From positions 5,895 through 69,894 of the forward strand of contig JANXWZ010000196.1 of NCBI GenBank assembly GCA_025350865.1: a stretch of 64,000 nt of DNA, written 5' to 3'. The notes below the pieces were generated by a model. It was not told where the DNA came from. It saw only the letters and a list, made by a program, of their open reading frames with translations, and ran no database searches. The first letter of the stretch is position 1, and every line of letters starts with the position of its first letter. The DNA comes from Rhodanobacteraceae bacterium. GTDB lineage: Bacteria; Acidobacteriota; Terriglobia; Terriglobales; Acidobacteriaceae. The translations under genes were made by a program, and so were the position numbers. Below, in pieces: positions 53,282-63,535 of this stretch.

Positions 53282-55393
53282 ATGAAATCGCCGCGAGAAG
53301 TGTCTGCATCTACCGACGAAGTGTCAACCAGAAAGCCCTCGAATTCCTCGGTCGATCGTAGGCAGTTCATAGGTTATGCGGCGGGCGTCGGGGCCATGGT
53401 TGGACTGGGCGGCAAGATGTTCGCGCAGGGTCAAGCGGCGAATTCAGATGGGGTCAATCGCCTGCCGGACGGCACCGAGCACGTGTTCTGGGATCAGCCG
53501 CTTACCTTCTCGAAGACCTATTACGTAGACAACGGATCCGCGCGCGCCGATGACAGCGGCCCCGGCACCAATGACCGCCCGTTCGGCACGATTGGCAAGG
53601 CGGCCCAGGTGCTTCAGCCCGGCGAACGCGTCGTGATCGCTGCGGGCACCTATCGCGAGTGGGTGCGCCCGGAGCGCGGCGGCACCGGTGCCGACAAGAT
53701 GATCAGCTACGAGGCTGCGCCCGGAGCGAAGGTGTATATCAAGGGCTCCGAGGTATTGAAAGACGGTTGGACGCAGGATCCTGTGGTCGCATTCCGGCGT
53801 CCGCCCGCTGCCAATGGCGCACCTGCGCCACAGCCACCGCCTCCGCCGGCTCCAAGCTGGGGATATCAGTTGACGGGCGCGATGTTCCCTGATGCCTATA
53901 ACCCGTTCGCGCTGGCGAGTGTGGCCGGCGATCGGGCGTGGCTCGATACCAAGGTTTCAGATATGGGCCCGTACTTCCGGCGCCGCGCGCTGGTGTTCGC
54001 TGACGGCATCCCCATGGAGCAGGTAGAGACACAGAGGGAACTGGGAAGCACAACGCTGTTTCGTCCGCCTGCTCCGGGTACGCCCCAGCCTCCGAACGGT
54101 TTGCCCCCGCGCGCTCGCGGTGGCCCACTGATGCAGGAGGTCGGCGGTGTGGAAGATGCCAGGTTCTGGCCCGACGCTAACGGCCAGTCGGTTCACGTCC
54201 GTCTGCGGAAGGGAACTCCTGCAGAGCATTTGATTGAAGCCACCACGCGCGAGCAGGTGTTCTCGCCTGTGACCCACGGTCTGAACTACATTCGGTTGAA
54301 GGGGCTCATCATCCAGCATGCGGGCAATGGATTTCCGCTGCCGCAGCGGGGCGGGATGATTGATGTGATGGGCGGCAGCCACTGGATTATCGAAGACAAT
54401 ACGATCGAGTGGGCGAACGCGATTGGCATTGAGATCGCCGGCGGCGGTCCGCAGGGGCCCACGCTAGGCCACATCATTCGCCGCAATACGATCCGCTATT
54501 GCGGTATCGAAGGCATTGCCGGCATTGGCACAACCGATGTGCTGTTCGAGGACAATCTGATCGAGTGGTGCGGATGGGCCGACGCGGAACGCGAGTGGGA
54601 GTCGGCGGGGGCCAAATTCCACCAGGCCCGCAACATGCTGATGCGCCGAAACGTGATCCGCCATATTCGCCATGGCAACGCGGTCTGGTTCGACACAGGG
54701 GCCGTCAATTGCCGTATCACCAGCAATGTGTTCGCCGATGTGCTCAGCGTTGCCTCCGCGGTCCACATGGAGGTGAACCTTCAGCACGATCAGATCGACA
54801 ACAACATCATCTGGGATGTGCGGAACGCTGAACCCGGGACGCCCGGTCAGCGCGGCTGCGCAGGCTCGGGCATCTTCATCAATGCGAACAACAAAGTCAC
54901 GATTGCAAACAATCTGATTGGCCGCTGCGACAACTCAGGAATTTACATGATCATTCGCCCGGATCGTGCGGGCACCGGCGCGGCGATCGAAAACAAGGTC
55001 TACAACAACATCTTCACCAAGTGCGACCGGTCTGCGATCGTATTCCTGAACCCCAACAACGAAGCCGACGGCAACGTGTTTTCAGATGTGCCGTATCAAT
55101 TCCAAGGCTTCTTCACGGGCGACTCGAAGCAGTTTATGACGCTGGCTGCGTGGCGCGAAGCTCACGGCTGGGACAAGAACAGCGCTGTCGTAGATCTGCA
55201 CTTCGAGTTCGATCCGGATCGCCTGGAACTGACGATCACGGGCAAGCAGCCGCTTCCAAAGGTGAGCGCGTTTGATCGCATTGAGGCTGACATATTCGGC
55301 AAGGGATCGGGGGACCGTCGCTATCCGGGGCCACTGGCTAATCCTGGCGCGAAGTCAGTGTGGAAGGTAGACCCGCGGGTTGGGATCGCTTAG
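53282..55393 (+). CDS. Tat-exported right-handed beta-helix protein, GH120 beta-xylosidase-like (paralog A)
   Basis: DRRQF Tat motif; PFGTIGKAAQVLQPGE...YREWVRP...YEAAPGAKVYIKGSE, ESAGAKFH, VWFD and HMEV resemble GH120 XylC. Confidence 0.7.
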   Translation: MKSPREVSASTDEVSTRKPSNSSVDRRQFIGYAAGVGAMVGLGGKMFAQGQAANSDGVNRLPDGTEHVFWDQPLTFSKTYYVDNGSARADDSGPGTNDRPFGTIGKAAQVLQPGERVVIAAGTYREWVRPERGGTGADKMISYEAAPGAKVYIKGSEVLKDGWTQDPVVAFRRPPAANGAPAPQPPPPPAPSWGYQLTGAMFPDAYNPFALASVAGDRAWLDTKVSDMGPYFRRRALVFADGIPMEQVETQRELGSTTLFRPPAPGTPQPPNGLPPRARGGPLMQEVGGVEDARFWPDANGQSVHVRLRKGTPAEHLIEATTREQVFSPVTHGLNYIRLKGLIIQHAGNGFPLPQRGGMIDVMGGSHWIIEDNTIEWANAIGIEIAGGGPQGPTLGHIIRRNTIRYCGIEGIAGIGTTDVLFEDNLIEWCGWADAEREWESAGAKFHQARNMLMRRNVIRHIRHGNAVWFDTGAVNCRITSNVFADVLSVASAVHMEVNLQHDQIDNNIIWDVRNAEPGTPGQRGCAGSGIFINANNKVTIANNLIGRCDNSGIYMIIRPDRAGTGAAIENKVYNNIFTKCDRSAIVFLNPNNEADGNVFSDVPYQFQGFFTGDSKQFMTLAAWREAHGWDKNSAVVDLHFEFDPDRLELTITGKQPLPKVSAFDRIEADIFGKGSGDRRYPGPLANPGAKSVWKVDPRVGIA

Positions 55394-55505
55394 CAAGGCA
55401 CCGTGACCCGTTAGGGCTGGTCGCGTCGTGGACTCGCTGGACATTGAAGAAGGGATATCACGGATGAAAACGTCGCACGGACTCTCTATCGGATCGGGGA
55501 AGTAC

Positions 55506-57470
55506 ATGGTGTCCAACGCCAGGCGATTTGCCGGGCTGCTTGGCGTACTACTTCTTGTGGGAACGTCTGCGATTTTTGCTGATAACTCCCGCCTTCCGGA
55601 TGGCACCCAGTTCCCGATGTGGGAGAAGCCACTTAACTTCACGAAGACGTACTATGTCGACGCGAATGCAAAGAATGCAGACGACAACGGGCCGGGTACG
55701 AAAGACCGTCCGTTCCGCACGATCGACCATGCGGCTCAGGTGCTGCAGCCGGGTGAGCATGTGATCATCGCCAGCGGACTATACCGCGAGGCAATCCGTC
55801 CGGCCCGAGGAGGCACCAGTGCCGATGCAATGATCAGTTACGAGGCGGCGCCGGGTGCGGATGTGGTGGTTTCGGGCGCGGTGGTGGCGACAGGATGGCA
55901 GCCGAGCGAGGGCTGGAACATCGGACCGGACCGCGAGACGAATCAACCCGTGAAGGCATACCAGTTGCACCTTGATCCCAAGCTGTTCCCGCTGGGATAC
56001 AACCCGTTCGCTCTCGACAACGTAACCGACGACCGCTACTGGATCAACTACGCCAAGGACAATATGTGGAACTACTTCCGGCGGCGGGGTATCGTGTTCG
56101 TGGACGGCAAGCCGTTGGAGCAGGTCGAATCGCCATCGGCGCTGGCGGGGCTTTCCGCGCGTTCACTGAGCTTCTTCAGCGACATCCGATGGACCCCGTT
56201 GTTCGAGGAGTTCTCGCCCTACGCCGGCAAGGTGTGGGTCGAGTCAGACGGACTGACGTTGCATATTCGGCTAGCGCACGATGACGACCCCGCGAAGCAC
56301 GTGATCGAGATTACAAATGAGGAGTCGGTCTTCTCTCCTGCCAAGCCGTATCAATCGTACATTCGGGTGAAGGGAATCAAGTTTCGCTATGCCGGCAACA
56401 GCTACCCAAACCCGCAACGGGGCTTGGTCTCGACCAATCACGGCAACCACTTCATCTTTGAAGACAATTCTTTTGAATGGGCGAACAGTGTCGGGCTCGA
56501 CATCGGCGACGTCGACTGGGCAGCGGCGCGGCCGACGCAGCCGATAGGTTTTGACGTTGTCCGCCACAACGCGTTTCGGTATTGCGGGATCGAAGGGCTC
56601 GGCGGAACGGGTGGTCCGCAGAATGTACTGGTGGAGAGGAACCTTTTCGAGTGGGTTGGCTGGCAGGATGCCGCGCGGCTGTCGGAGTCGGGTGGAACCA
56701 AGATGCACCGGACGAAGAATCTGCTGTTCCGGAATAACGTGGTGCGGCACATCCGCCATGCGAACGGAATCTGGCTGGATATCGGCAACACAAACGATCG
56801 CATCACTGGAAATGTCTTCGCCGATATACCGGGCGACGTGAATCCACATGCGATTCATATTGAGGGCAGTGACGTGCTGAACGAGATCGACAACAACATC
56901 TTTGACCACCTGACGGCCGGGATTCTGATCCGCGACACGAACCATGTCATCATCGCGTACAACCTGTTTGTGGACTGCGCGAAGGTGTGCGTCGACACGG
57001 CCTCAGGGCTGGGCGCGCCGCGGCCAATCAACGGGCATACGAACGATGCACACGACCTGCGAGTGTTTGGGAATGTGTTCACCGGAATGGGCCAGTCGGC
57101 CATCGAGTTCAACAACCCACGCAATACTGCGGATGGAAACGTGTACGGTCTGCCCACGGATCGACGGGGCGGCGGGCAACCGTACCTGCGGGTGAAGTTC
57201 CCCGATCCGTCGGAGTGGCACAACCTGGATTCGTGGCGGGACCAGCATGGATGGGACAAGACCGGAACTACGGCTGAGGTTGCAACGACGATCAACGTGG
57301 ACACGCTGCAGATGACCGTGGCCGTGAAGGACGACGTGACAGCTCAGCCTGTGTACGGTGGGATCGATGTGGATTTTTATGGCCACCCCATCACGGGGAC
57401 AGATCGTATGCCGGGGCCATTTGCGGACCTGAAAGCTGCAGCAGGTTCGCGAGCGATCGACCCACGATAA
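55506..57470 (+). CDS. Exported right-handed beta-helix protein, GH120-like (paralog B)
   Basis: Shares the RLPDGT...KTYYVD...PFRTI N-terminus with paralog A; ESGGTKMH, IWLD and HIEG. The start could be 55464. Confidence 0.7.
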   Translation: MVSNARRFAGLLGVLLLVGTSAIFADNSRLPDGTQFPMWEKPLNFTKTYYVDANAKNADDNGPGTKDRPFRTIDHAAQVLQPGEHVIIASGLYREAIRPARGGTSADAMISYEAAPGADVVVSGAVVATGWQPSEGWNIGPDRETNQPVKAYQLHLDPKLFPLGYNPFALDNVTDDRYWINYAKDNMWNYFRRRGIVFVDGKPLEQVESPSALAGLSARSLSFFSDIRWTPLFEEFSPYAGKVWVESDGLTLHIRLAHDDDPAKHVIEITNEESVFSPAKPYQSYIRVKGIKFRYAGNSYPNPQRGLVSTNHGNHFIFEDNSFEWANSVGLDIGDVDWAAARPTQPIGFDVVRHNAFRYCGIEGLGGTGGPQNVLVERNLFEWVGWQDAARLSESGGTKMHRTKNLLFRNNVVRHIRHANGIWLDIGNTNDRITGNVFADIPGDVNPHAIHIEGSDVLNEIDNNIFDHLTAGILIRDTNHVIIAYNLFVDCAKVCVDTASGLGAPRPINGHTNDAHDLRVFGNVFTGMGQSAIEFNNPRNTADGNVYGLPTDRRGGGQPYLRVKFPDPSEWHNLDSWRDQHGWDKTGTTAEVATTINVDTLQMTVAVKDDVTAQPVYGGIDVDFYGHPITGTDRMPGPFADLKAAAGSRAIDPR

Positions 57471-57517
57471 GCGGCAGAAACCGCGAGAGATGATGAGCTA
57501 GCGAAGAGGTCGTTGTC

Positions 57518-59476
57518 ATGCCAAGGAATGAGTCCGGGGTTTCTCGTCGCGGTTTACTGAAGGGTGTGGGAAGTCTGGGGCTTGCGGCTGCGAGTCCGAA
57601 GGTCTTCGCCGCGTCGCAACGTGGACCTTCGGTGCAAGCGCCGGATTCGCCTGTGGCTCCGGTGGCTCGTGCGGTGACCGCGTTCGCTCTCGGTGAGGTG
57701 GAGCTTCTCGACGGGCCATTTCTCAGGGCTCGTACACGGAATCAGAAGTATTTGCTAAGCCTTGAGCCCGACCGAATGCTGCATACGTTTCGTGTGAACG
57801 CCGGTTTGCAACCGAAGGCCGAGGTTTACGGGGGATGGGAATCGGCACCGACCTGGGCTGATATTCATTGCCAGGGTCACACGCTTGGACACTATCTCTC
57901 GGCCTGCGCGCTGATGTACGGTGCCACCGGAGATGTCCGATTCAAGGATCGCACCGACTATATCGTGGGCGAGCTTCGCGATTGCCAGGCGGCGGGTAAG
58001 ACAGGTCTTCTGACTGCGTTTCCTGAGGGCAATGCCCTGATGGATACGGCTTTGAGCGGCAATAGATATACGGGAGTTCCGTGGTACACCTCTCACAAGG
58101 TTTACGCCGGGCTGCGCGACGCCGTTTATTACACGAAGAATCCTGTAGCCAGGGAAGCGCTGACCCGGTTCTGCGATTGGGCTGTTACTGCGACGGCTCC
58201 GCTGACGGACGAGCAGTTCCAGAAGATGCTCGAGGTCGAGCACGGCGGCATGAATGAAGTTCTTGCGGACGCGTACGAGATCACGGGCGATGCACGCTAC
58301 CTCGCTCTGGCAAAGCGATTCTGCCACCAGGCGGTTCTCGATCCGCTGGCGCGGTCAAGGGATCATCTCGACGGACTTCATGCCAACACACAGATTCCGA
58401 AGATTATCGGGTTCAACCGGCTGTATCAGTTGACCGGGCAGAAGAATTATCTTGCGGCTTCTGCCTTCTTTTGGAAGACGGTGGTGAACACGCGATCGTT
58501 TGTGAATGGCAACCACGGGGATGGCGAACACTTCTTTCCGGTGGCCGACTTCAGCGAGCATGTGTTCTCCGCGAAGGCGTCTGAGACGTGCTGCGAATAC
58601 AACATGCTGAAGCTGACGAGGATGCTGTTTGAGCTGAGTCCTTCAGCAGGGTATGCGGACTTCTACGAGCGTGCGATGTACAACGATATCCTTGCATCCC
58701 AGGACCCGGACACGGGCATGGTGACGTACTTTCAAGGAAATCGGCCGGGATATATGAAGCTTTACTGCACGCCTGTGGACTCGTTCTGGTGCTGTACAGG
58801 CAGCGGTATGGAGAACCACGCGAAGTATAACGACTCGATTTATTTCAAGGGCAAGGATTCTATCTACGTGAATCTCTTTATCCCGTCGGTGGTTCGACTA
58901 GACACAGGAGCGTCGTTGACGCAGACAACGGAGTTTCCCGAGGTCGCGACGACCAAGTTGCAATGGAAGACAAATCGGCCACTCGAGATGAGTGTTCAGC
59001 TGCGACATCCCCATTGGTGCAAAAATGCGAAGGTCAAGATCAACGGCAAGCCTTTTGTGGAATCACGGCAAGCAAGCTCGTACATCGAGTTGAAGCGCGT
59101 GTGGCATGACGGCGACGCGATTGAATTTGAGATTCCGATGGAGATACAGGCGGTCCCGTTACCGGGGAGCGATCGAATCGTTGCCTTCGTCTACGGCCCC
59201 ATCGTTTTGGCAGGCGCTTTGGGCACCGAGAGGATTCCGCCCGGAGGAAACCTCACCGTGAATGAGCGCCTGTACGGGGCTGTGCTGAATACACCGTTCA
59301 CTCCGCCTACCCTTACGGGCGACCCGGTTGCGCTGGTCGGACAAGCGAAAGCAACAGGCCAGCCGCTTACGTTCGACATCCCCGCGAGCGGTTCCGCAAC
59401 AAGCGTAAGGCTTGTACCGTACTACAAGATCGCGCATGAACGCTACGCGACTTACTGGAAGCTTGCCCAAAGTTGA
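57518..59476 (+). CDS. Tat-exported GH127-like beta-L-arabinofuranosidase (DUF1680)
   Basis: SRRGLL Tat motif, YGGWE, GHYLSA, EHGGMNE, HANTQIPK, ETCCEYNM and FWCCTGSGMENH. Confidence 0.9.
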   Translation: MPRNESGVSRRGLLKGVGSLGLAAASPKVFAASQRGPSVQAPDSPVAPVARAVTAFALGEVELLDGPFLRARTRNQKYLLSLEPDRMLHTFRVNAGLQPKAEVYGGWESAPTWADIHCQGHTLGHYLSACALMYGATGDVRFKDRTDYIVGELRDCQAAGKTGLLTAFPEGNALMDTALSGNRYTGVPWYTSHKVYAGLRDAVYYTKNPVAREALTRFCDWAVTATAPLTDEQFQKMLEVEHGGMNEVLADAYEITGDARYLALAKRFCHQAVLDPLARSRDHLDGLHANTQIPKIIGFNRLYQLTGQKNYLAASAFFWKTVVNTRSFVNGNHGDGEHFFPVADFSEHVFSAKASETCCEYNMLKLTRMLFELSPSAGYADFYERAMYNDILASQDPDTGMVTYFQGNRPGYMKLYCTPVDSFWCCTGSGMENHAKYNDSIYFKGKDSIYVNLFIPSVVRLDTGASLTQTTEFPEVATTKLQWKTNRPLEMSVQLRHPHWCKNAKVKINGKPFVESRQASSYIELKRVWHDGDAIEFEIPMEIQAVPLPGSDRIVAFVYGPIVLAGALGTERIPPGGNLTVNERLYGAVLNTPFTPPTLTGDPVALVGQAKATGQPLTFDIPASGSATSVRLVPYYKIAHERYATYWKLAQS

Positions 59477-59527
59477 ATCTCGATGCCGGGTCTATCGCAG
59501 CCAGAGAGAATGACTGCGGAGCTTAAA

Positions 59528-59563
59528 CACAAAGCCGGACCACATCTGTGGTCCGGCTTTGTG
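59528..59563. terminator. Bidirectional hairpin terminator between convergent genes
   Basis: Perfect 16-bp stem CACAAAGCCGGACCAC/GTGGTCCGGCTTTGTG with a 4-nt loop. Confidence 0.85.
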
Positions 59564-59581
59564 GGTTGAAGTGCCCTGCCG

Positions 59582-62500
59582 TTAGAACAAGATGCGTCCG
59601 GAAAGCTGGAGCGCTCTTGGATTGTTCAGCTGGGTTGTGATGTTGCCGAACAGCGTGTTGCCAACCTGTCCGTTCGGATTTCCAAACTGGGTACGGTTGA
59701 ACAGGTTGAACGCTTCCACGCGCAGCTTCACGGTCACACGCTCGTGGATCGGAACATCCTTGGCGAGCGACATATCCCAGTTAGCCTGCCCAGGTCCACG
59801 AATCGTATTGTCGGTACGCGACTCGTTACCATACTGGAAACGGTTGAAGACGTACGGATTGCTGACACTCTGTTGCACGAAGCAAGACGTATTGAAGTAC
59901 GGGGTCTTGGCGTACGTCCCACCAAGGCGGTCGAACTTCGGTCCGCCATTAGTCTTGGTCGAGTTACAACCCGTCGCGCCCGGAACGTACATCGGACGCA
60001 TCGAGCCCAGAAAGGCGTAGGTCGACAGCGTGTTCGTTGCATTGGTCAAAGCAATCGGCAGGCCCATCTGGAAGGTCGTGATACCTTCCACGTCCCAACC
60101 GCCAAGGAGCGCATTGCCAACTCCCGAAAGGTGGGAGAGGAACCGCTTTCCTCTGCCGATCGGAAGCGGGTAGACGAAGCTGGTCACCAGGCGCTGCCGC
60201 GCGTCGAAGCTTGACAGCGAATACTCACCGGCCAGGTTGTTGTAGTCAGAGTAGCCGGCTGTACCGGTCGCATCCAGCCACGAGGTAAGGTACTCAGCAT
60301 TGGTAAGCAGCTTGGAGAACGTGTACGACCCCAGCAGTTGACCGCCGCCAGCTATGCGCTTCTGCAACTTCATCTCGAGCGAGTGATAGTTGCTAAGACC
60401 CACGTAGTGGCCGCTATTGCTGATGCTTCCATATTGCGGGAATGGCCGCAGCAGCTGGTTACCGGTTACAGTGGCATTTCTCAAAATGCCCTGGCTGACT
60501 TTCGGGTAGTAGGGATTATTGACCTGCACATTCAGGTAGCAGCTTGCGAGACTTCCCGTGGAACAGTTGGGATCTGCCGCCGCCTTCGCCACTTCGCTGT
60601 CCGGCAATGGATTCCTGGGAATACTGATCGGCAGATTCCCACCACGCAGTCCTGCATAAGACGCAGTCAGCGCAATGCCCTGCCAGAACTGGCGTTCCAG
60701 AGATACATTCCACTGGTACGTCAAGCCGTTCGGCTCATTTGCATTCAGGGCCTGGGCGTTACCGCCCAGCAGCACCTGCTGATAATTCGCATTCCGGTGG
60801 GGCGGAGCCTGTAGCCCGTTCGGGTACGGGTTGTCCAGCGTGTCGGCCGGCGTCTGCTGGCCGTTCGTCGTATTGACCATTAGATTGTTGAGGAAGTTGA
60901 CGCCTGCCTGCAGTGGAGCGCTTGGGAACTGAAGGTCTGCCGGGACGAAGAACTTACCAAACGCCGCCCGCACAACCGTGTTGTTGTTGACGCGATAGGC
61001 AACTCCGACGCGCGGTGCCCAATCGTTGTAATTCTCGTTGAACACACCCGCTGCCGGATGCTGCGGCGAGCTTACCAGGTCAAAGGCACCCGGATTGCCC
61101 GTCACAGAGTTTGTCTCCGTCGGGTTGAACGTATCCGCCCAGCCATTCCGCGAGATGAAGGTGCCCGGCACCTCGTATCGCAGTCCAAGCGTCGCGGTAA
61201 GCTTATTGGTCACCTGCCAGGTGTCCTGCACAAAGTAACCCTGGTAGTAGAGCGTCTGGTAGGTGGGCGGGGCAGTCTGCACTGTCTGAGCCGTGTTGCT
61301 CGAGACATATCCCAGCTCAAACGAAGCGAGCGGGTTACCGCCCGATCCGGCTGCATTGTTCGAGGTAAAGTTGTTGTCGAACGTGAACACGCCACCAGGG
61401 TTGTTGTTCTGGAAGTAGTTCATCTCCAGCCGGCGCAGGTCGATGCCGCCCTTGAAGGTGTGCCGTCCCCAGACTCTCTGGTATGTCGCTGCGATCGAGT
61501 AATTGTTGTTGATCGAGAAGATGTAGCCTGCGCCGCCCTCGTAATAGCTGATCGGCCCGGACGTGTTGATCGCCGGAACGGCGGTCGACTTGGGCAGATT
61601 GTTCAGCGCGCCAAAGTTCATATACCCCGGCCAGCCGAATGCCGTCGATTCGTTGATACCGAGATTGGTTGGGATACGGTTGTAGTTCCAACGCAGATAG
61701 CCAAGTCGCAGGTCAGCCACCGACTTGTCATTGATGATGTACGTGTCACCGAAGACAATCTGCTTGGTGGTGAAGACCTCGGGTGAAAGAGCGGTGTAGT
61801 ACAGATTGTTATTGGAGAATGGCTGAGGATCGATATTCTTCGAGCTCCATGCCGTGTAGCGCTCAAACATCGTCTGCTTGGAGCTGAGGTTCTGGTCGCC
61901 GCGGATCGTGTACTGGTCGTTGATACCGCCGGCCTTCGCCAGACTGGAGAAGTTGTTCAAAGGGCCCTGCGCCGATGCCGTTCCGGCCACATTCGGCACA
62001 CCATAGATGGGGAACTTGATCAGGTTCTTAGCTACCGTGCTCAGCCTGTTCGCAGGAATGATGTTGCCGACGAACTGCTGCCGCGTTCCCACTGCCACGC
62101 CTGATACGCATGCGCCGCCGGGGAGGCCCGGACCGCAGCTCGTCAACGGATCATAGATTGGCGCTGAAATGCCGGAGAAGTCGCCTGTTAGCTCCGCCGC
62201 CGTCGGCACCGTTACAAGAACCAGCTGGCCGTTGGTCTGGCGGTACCCCTGGTAGTCGCCAAAGATGAAGAACTTGTTCTTGATAATCGGTCCGCCGATG
62301 TTGCCGCCGAACTGGTTCTGGTGCCACGCCTGCTTCCCGGAGTTATTTCTCTTCGCGAAGAAGGAGTTGGCATTGAACAGGGTATTGCGCACGTACTCGT
62401 AAGCAGTTCCGTGGAAGACGTTCGTTCCCGACTTGGTGCTCATGTTGATAACGCCGCCGGTGTACTTGCCGAACTCCGCGGTGTTGTTGTGGGTCTGTAC

Positions 62501-63184
62501 GTTGAATTCCTGAATGCTGTCCTGGCTCATCACCAGCTCAACGGCATTGCCGTACGACGTGTTGGTCGAGACGCCATCCACCAGAACCGAGGACTGGTTC
62601 GAGTTGCCGCCGCCGATCTGGTAGTTACCGGCCGCGAACACATTCTGTCCGCTCAGGTTGGTGTTCGATGCTCCCTGCGGCACAACGCCCGGTACCAGCG
62701 CGACCAGAGCCAGCACGTTGCGGCCATTCAGCGGAAGGTCGCGTACTGCGGCGCCTTCAATCGCCTGCCCCAGCGAAGCACTATCGGTTTGGAGGATGGG
62801 AGGAGCGCCGGTGACCTCGACCGTCTGGTTCTGGTCGCCGATGGACATGGAGACCTCGACGCGGGCCACCTGATTCACGACGACATCGATTGGGCTCCGC
62901 GAGAAATGTTTAAAGCCCTTGGATTCGATGTCTATCTTGTATTCTCCGCGCGGCAACGCCAGGACCTGGTAGTTTCCCTGGCCATCGCTGGTGACGACGC
63001 GCCTTTCTCCGGTTGCGATGTTCGTTACGGTGACGGACGCTTGCGGGAGCAGGGCTCCCGACTGGTCGGCTACCGTTCCGACAATCGATCCAAGAATATT
63101 TTGAGCTTGCGCTGAAATTGTGGCAACGGCGGCGAATACAAGCGCCACCGCGACTCTCCTTAGAACTATCTTTGCCATTTGCAT
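59582..63184 (-). CDS. Acidobacterial-type TonB-dependent receptor with N-terminal carboxypeptidase-regulatory-like domain
   Basis: GSIVGTVADQSGA, LPLNGRNVLALVAL, GGVINMSTKSGTNVFHG, QNQFGGNIGGP and a C-terminal Phe (GRILF). Confidence 0.92.
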   Translation of the reverse strand: MQMAKIVLRRVAVALVFAAVATISAQAQNILGSIVGTVADQSGALLPQASVTVTNIATGERRVVTSDGQGNYQVLALPRGEYKIDIESKGFKHFSRSPIDVVVNQVARVEVSMSIGDQNQTVEVTGAPPILQTDSASLGQAIEGAAVRDLPLNGRNVLALVALVPGVVPQGASNTNLSGQNVFAAGNYQIGGGNSNQSSVLVDGVSTNTSYGNAVELVMSQDSIQEFNVQTHNNTAEFGKYTGGVINMSTKSGTNVFHGTAYEYVRNTLFNANSFFAKRNNSGKQAWHQNQFGGNIGGPIIKNKFFIFGDYQGYRQTNGQLVLVTVPTAAELTGDFSGISAPIYDPLTSCGPGLPGGACVSGVAVGTRQQFVGNIIPANRLSTVAKNLIKFPIYGVPNVAGTASAQGPLNNFSSLAKAGGINDQYTIRGDQNLSSKQTMFERYTAWSSKNIDPQPFSNNNLYYTALSPEVFTTKQIVFGDTYIINDKSVADLRLGYLRWNYNRIPTNLGINESTAFGWPGYMNFGALNNLPKSTAVPAINTSGPISYYEGGAGYIFSINNNYSIAATYQRVWGRHTFKGGIDLRRLEMNYFQNNNPGGVFTFDNNFTSNNAAGSGGNPLASFELGYVSSNTAQTVQTAPPTYQTLYYQGYFVQDTWQVTNKLTATLGLRYEVPGTFISRNGWADTFNPTETNSVTGNPGAFDLVSSPQHPAAGVFNENYNDWAPRVGVAYRVNNNTVVRAAFGKFFVPADLQFPSAPLQAGVNFLNNLMVNTTNGQQTPADTLDNPYPNGLQAPPHRNANYQQVLLGGNAQALNANEPNGLTYQWNVSLERQFWQGIALTASYAGLRGGNLPISIPRNPLPDSEVAKAAADPNCSTGSLASCYLNVQVNNPYYPKVSQGILRNATVTGNQLLRPFPQYGSISNSGHYVGLSNYHSLEMKLQKRIAGGGQLLGSYTFSKLLTNAEYLTSWLDATGTAGYSDYNNLAGEYSLSSFDARQRLVTSFVYPLPIGRGKRFLSHLSGVGNALLGGWDVEGITTFQMGLPIALTNATNTLSTYAFLGSMRPMYVPGATGCNSTKTNGGPKFDRLGGTYAKTPYFNTSCFVQQSVSNPYVFNRFQYGNESRTDNTIRGPGQANWDMSLAKDVPIHERVTVKLRVEAFNLFNRTQFGNPNGQVGNTLFGNITTQLNNPRALQLSGRILF

Positions 63185-63381
63185 TGCACCTACCTCCAGT
63201 GAAGTCGTACGGAGCTTGAAATCAGCGTCGTTGCATAATACGCAACGCTACGAGCGAATGACCCAATCACAAGTGCGCAGACGATAGGCTTTGAGGCGAA
63301 TATTTGTCAACAGGAAAATGGAGCTGCGAGCAACGGAAATGGGCAAATCGCTTATCCAGAAAATAGAATCTACAACCTATG

Positions 63382-63395
63382 AGAAAGCGTTTACC
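63382..63395. promoter_or_regulatory. LacI-family operator-like site AGAAAGCGTTTACC
   Basis: Same motif, about 200 bp upstream of the TonB receptor start. Confidence 0.55.
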
Positions 63396-63535
63396 CGGTG
63401 GGCCCGGATTGGCCCTACCACATGGCGGCTGGCCCGGCGAAGGCTGCGACCACGCCACCCCTTGCTCAAACGATTTATTGCTGGTTCTTTGGAATATCGA
63501 TGGCAGAACCACTCCCGTTGGCGGCGCCGCTTTCT

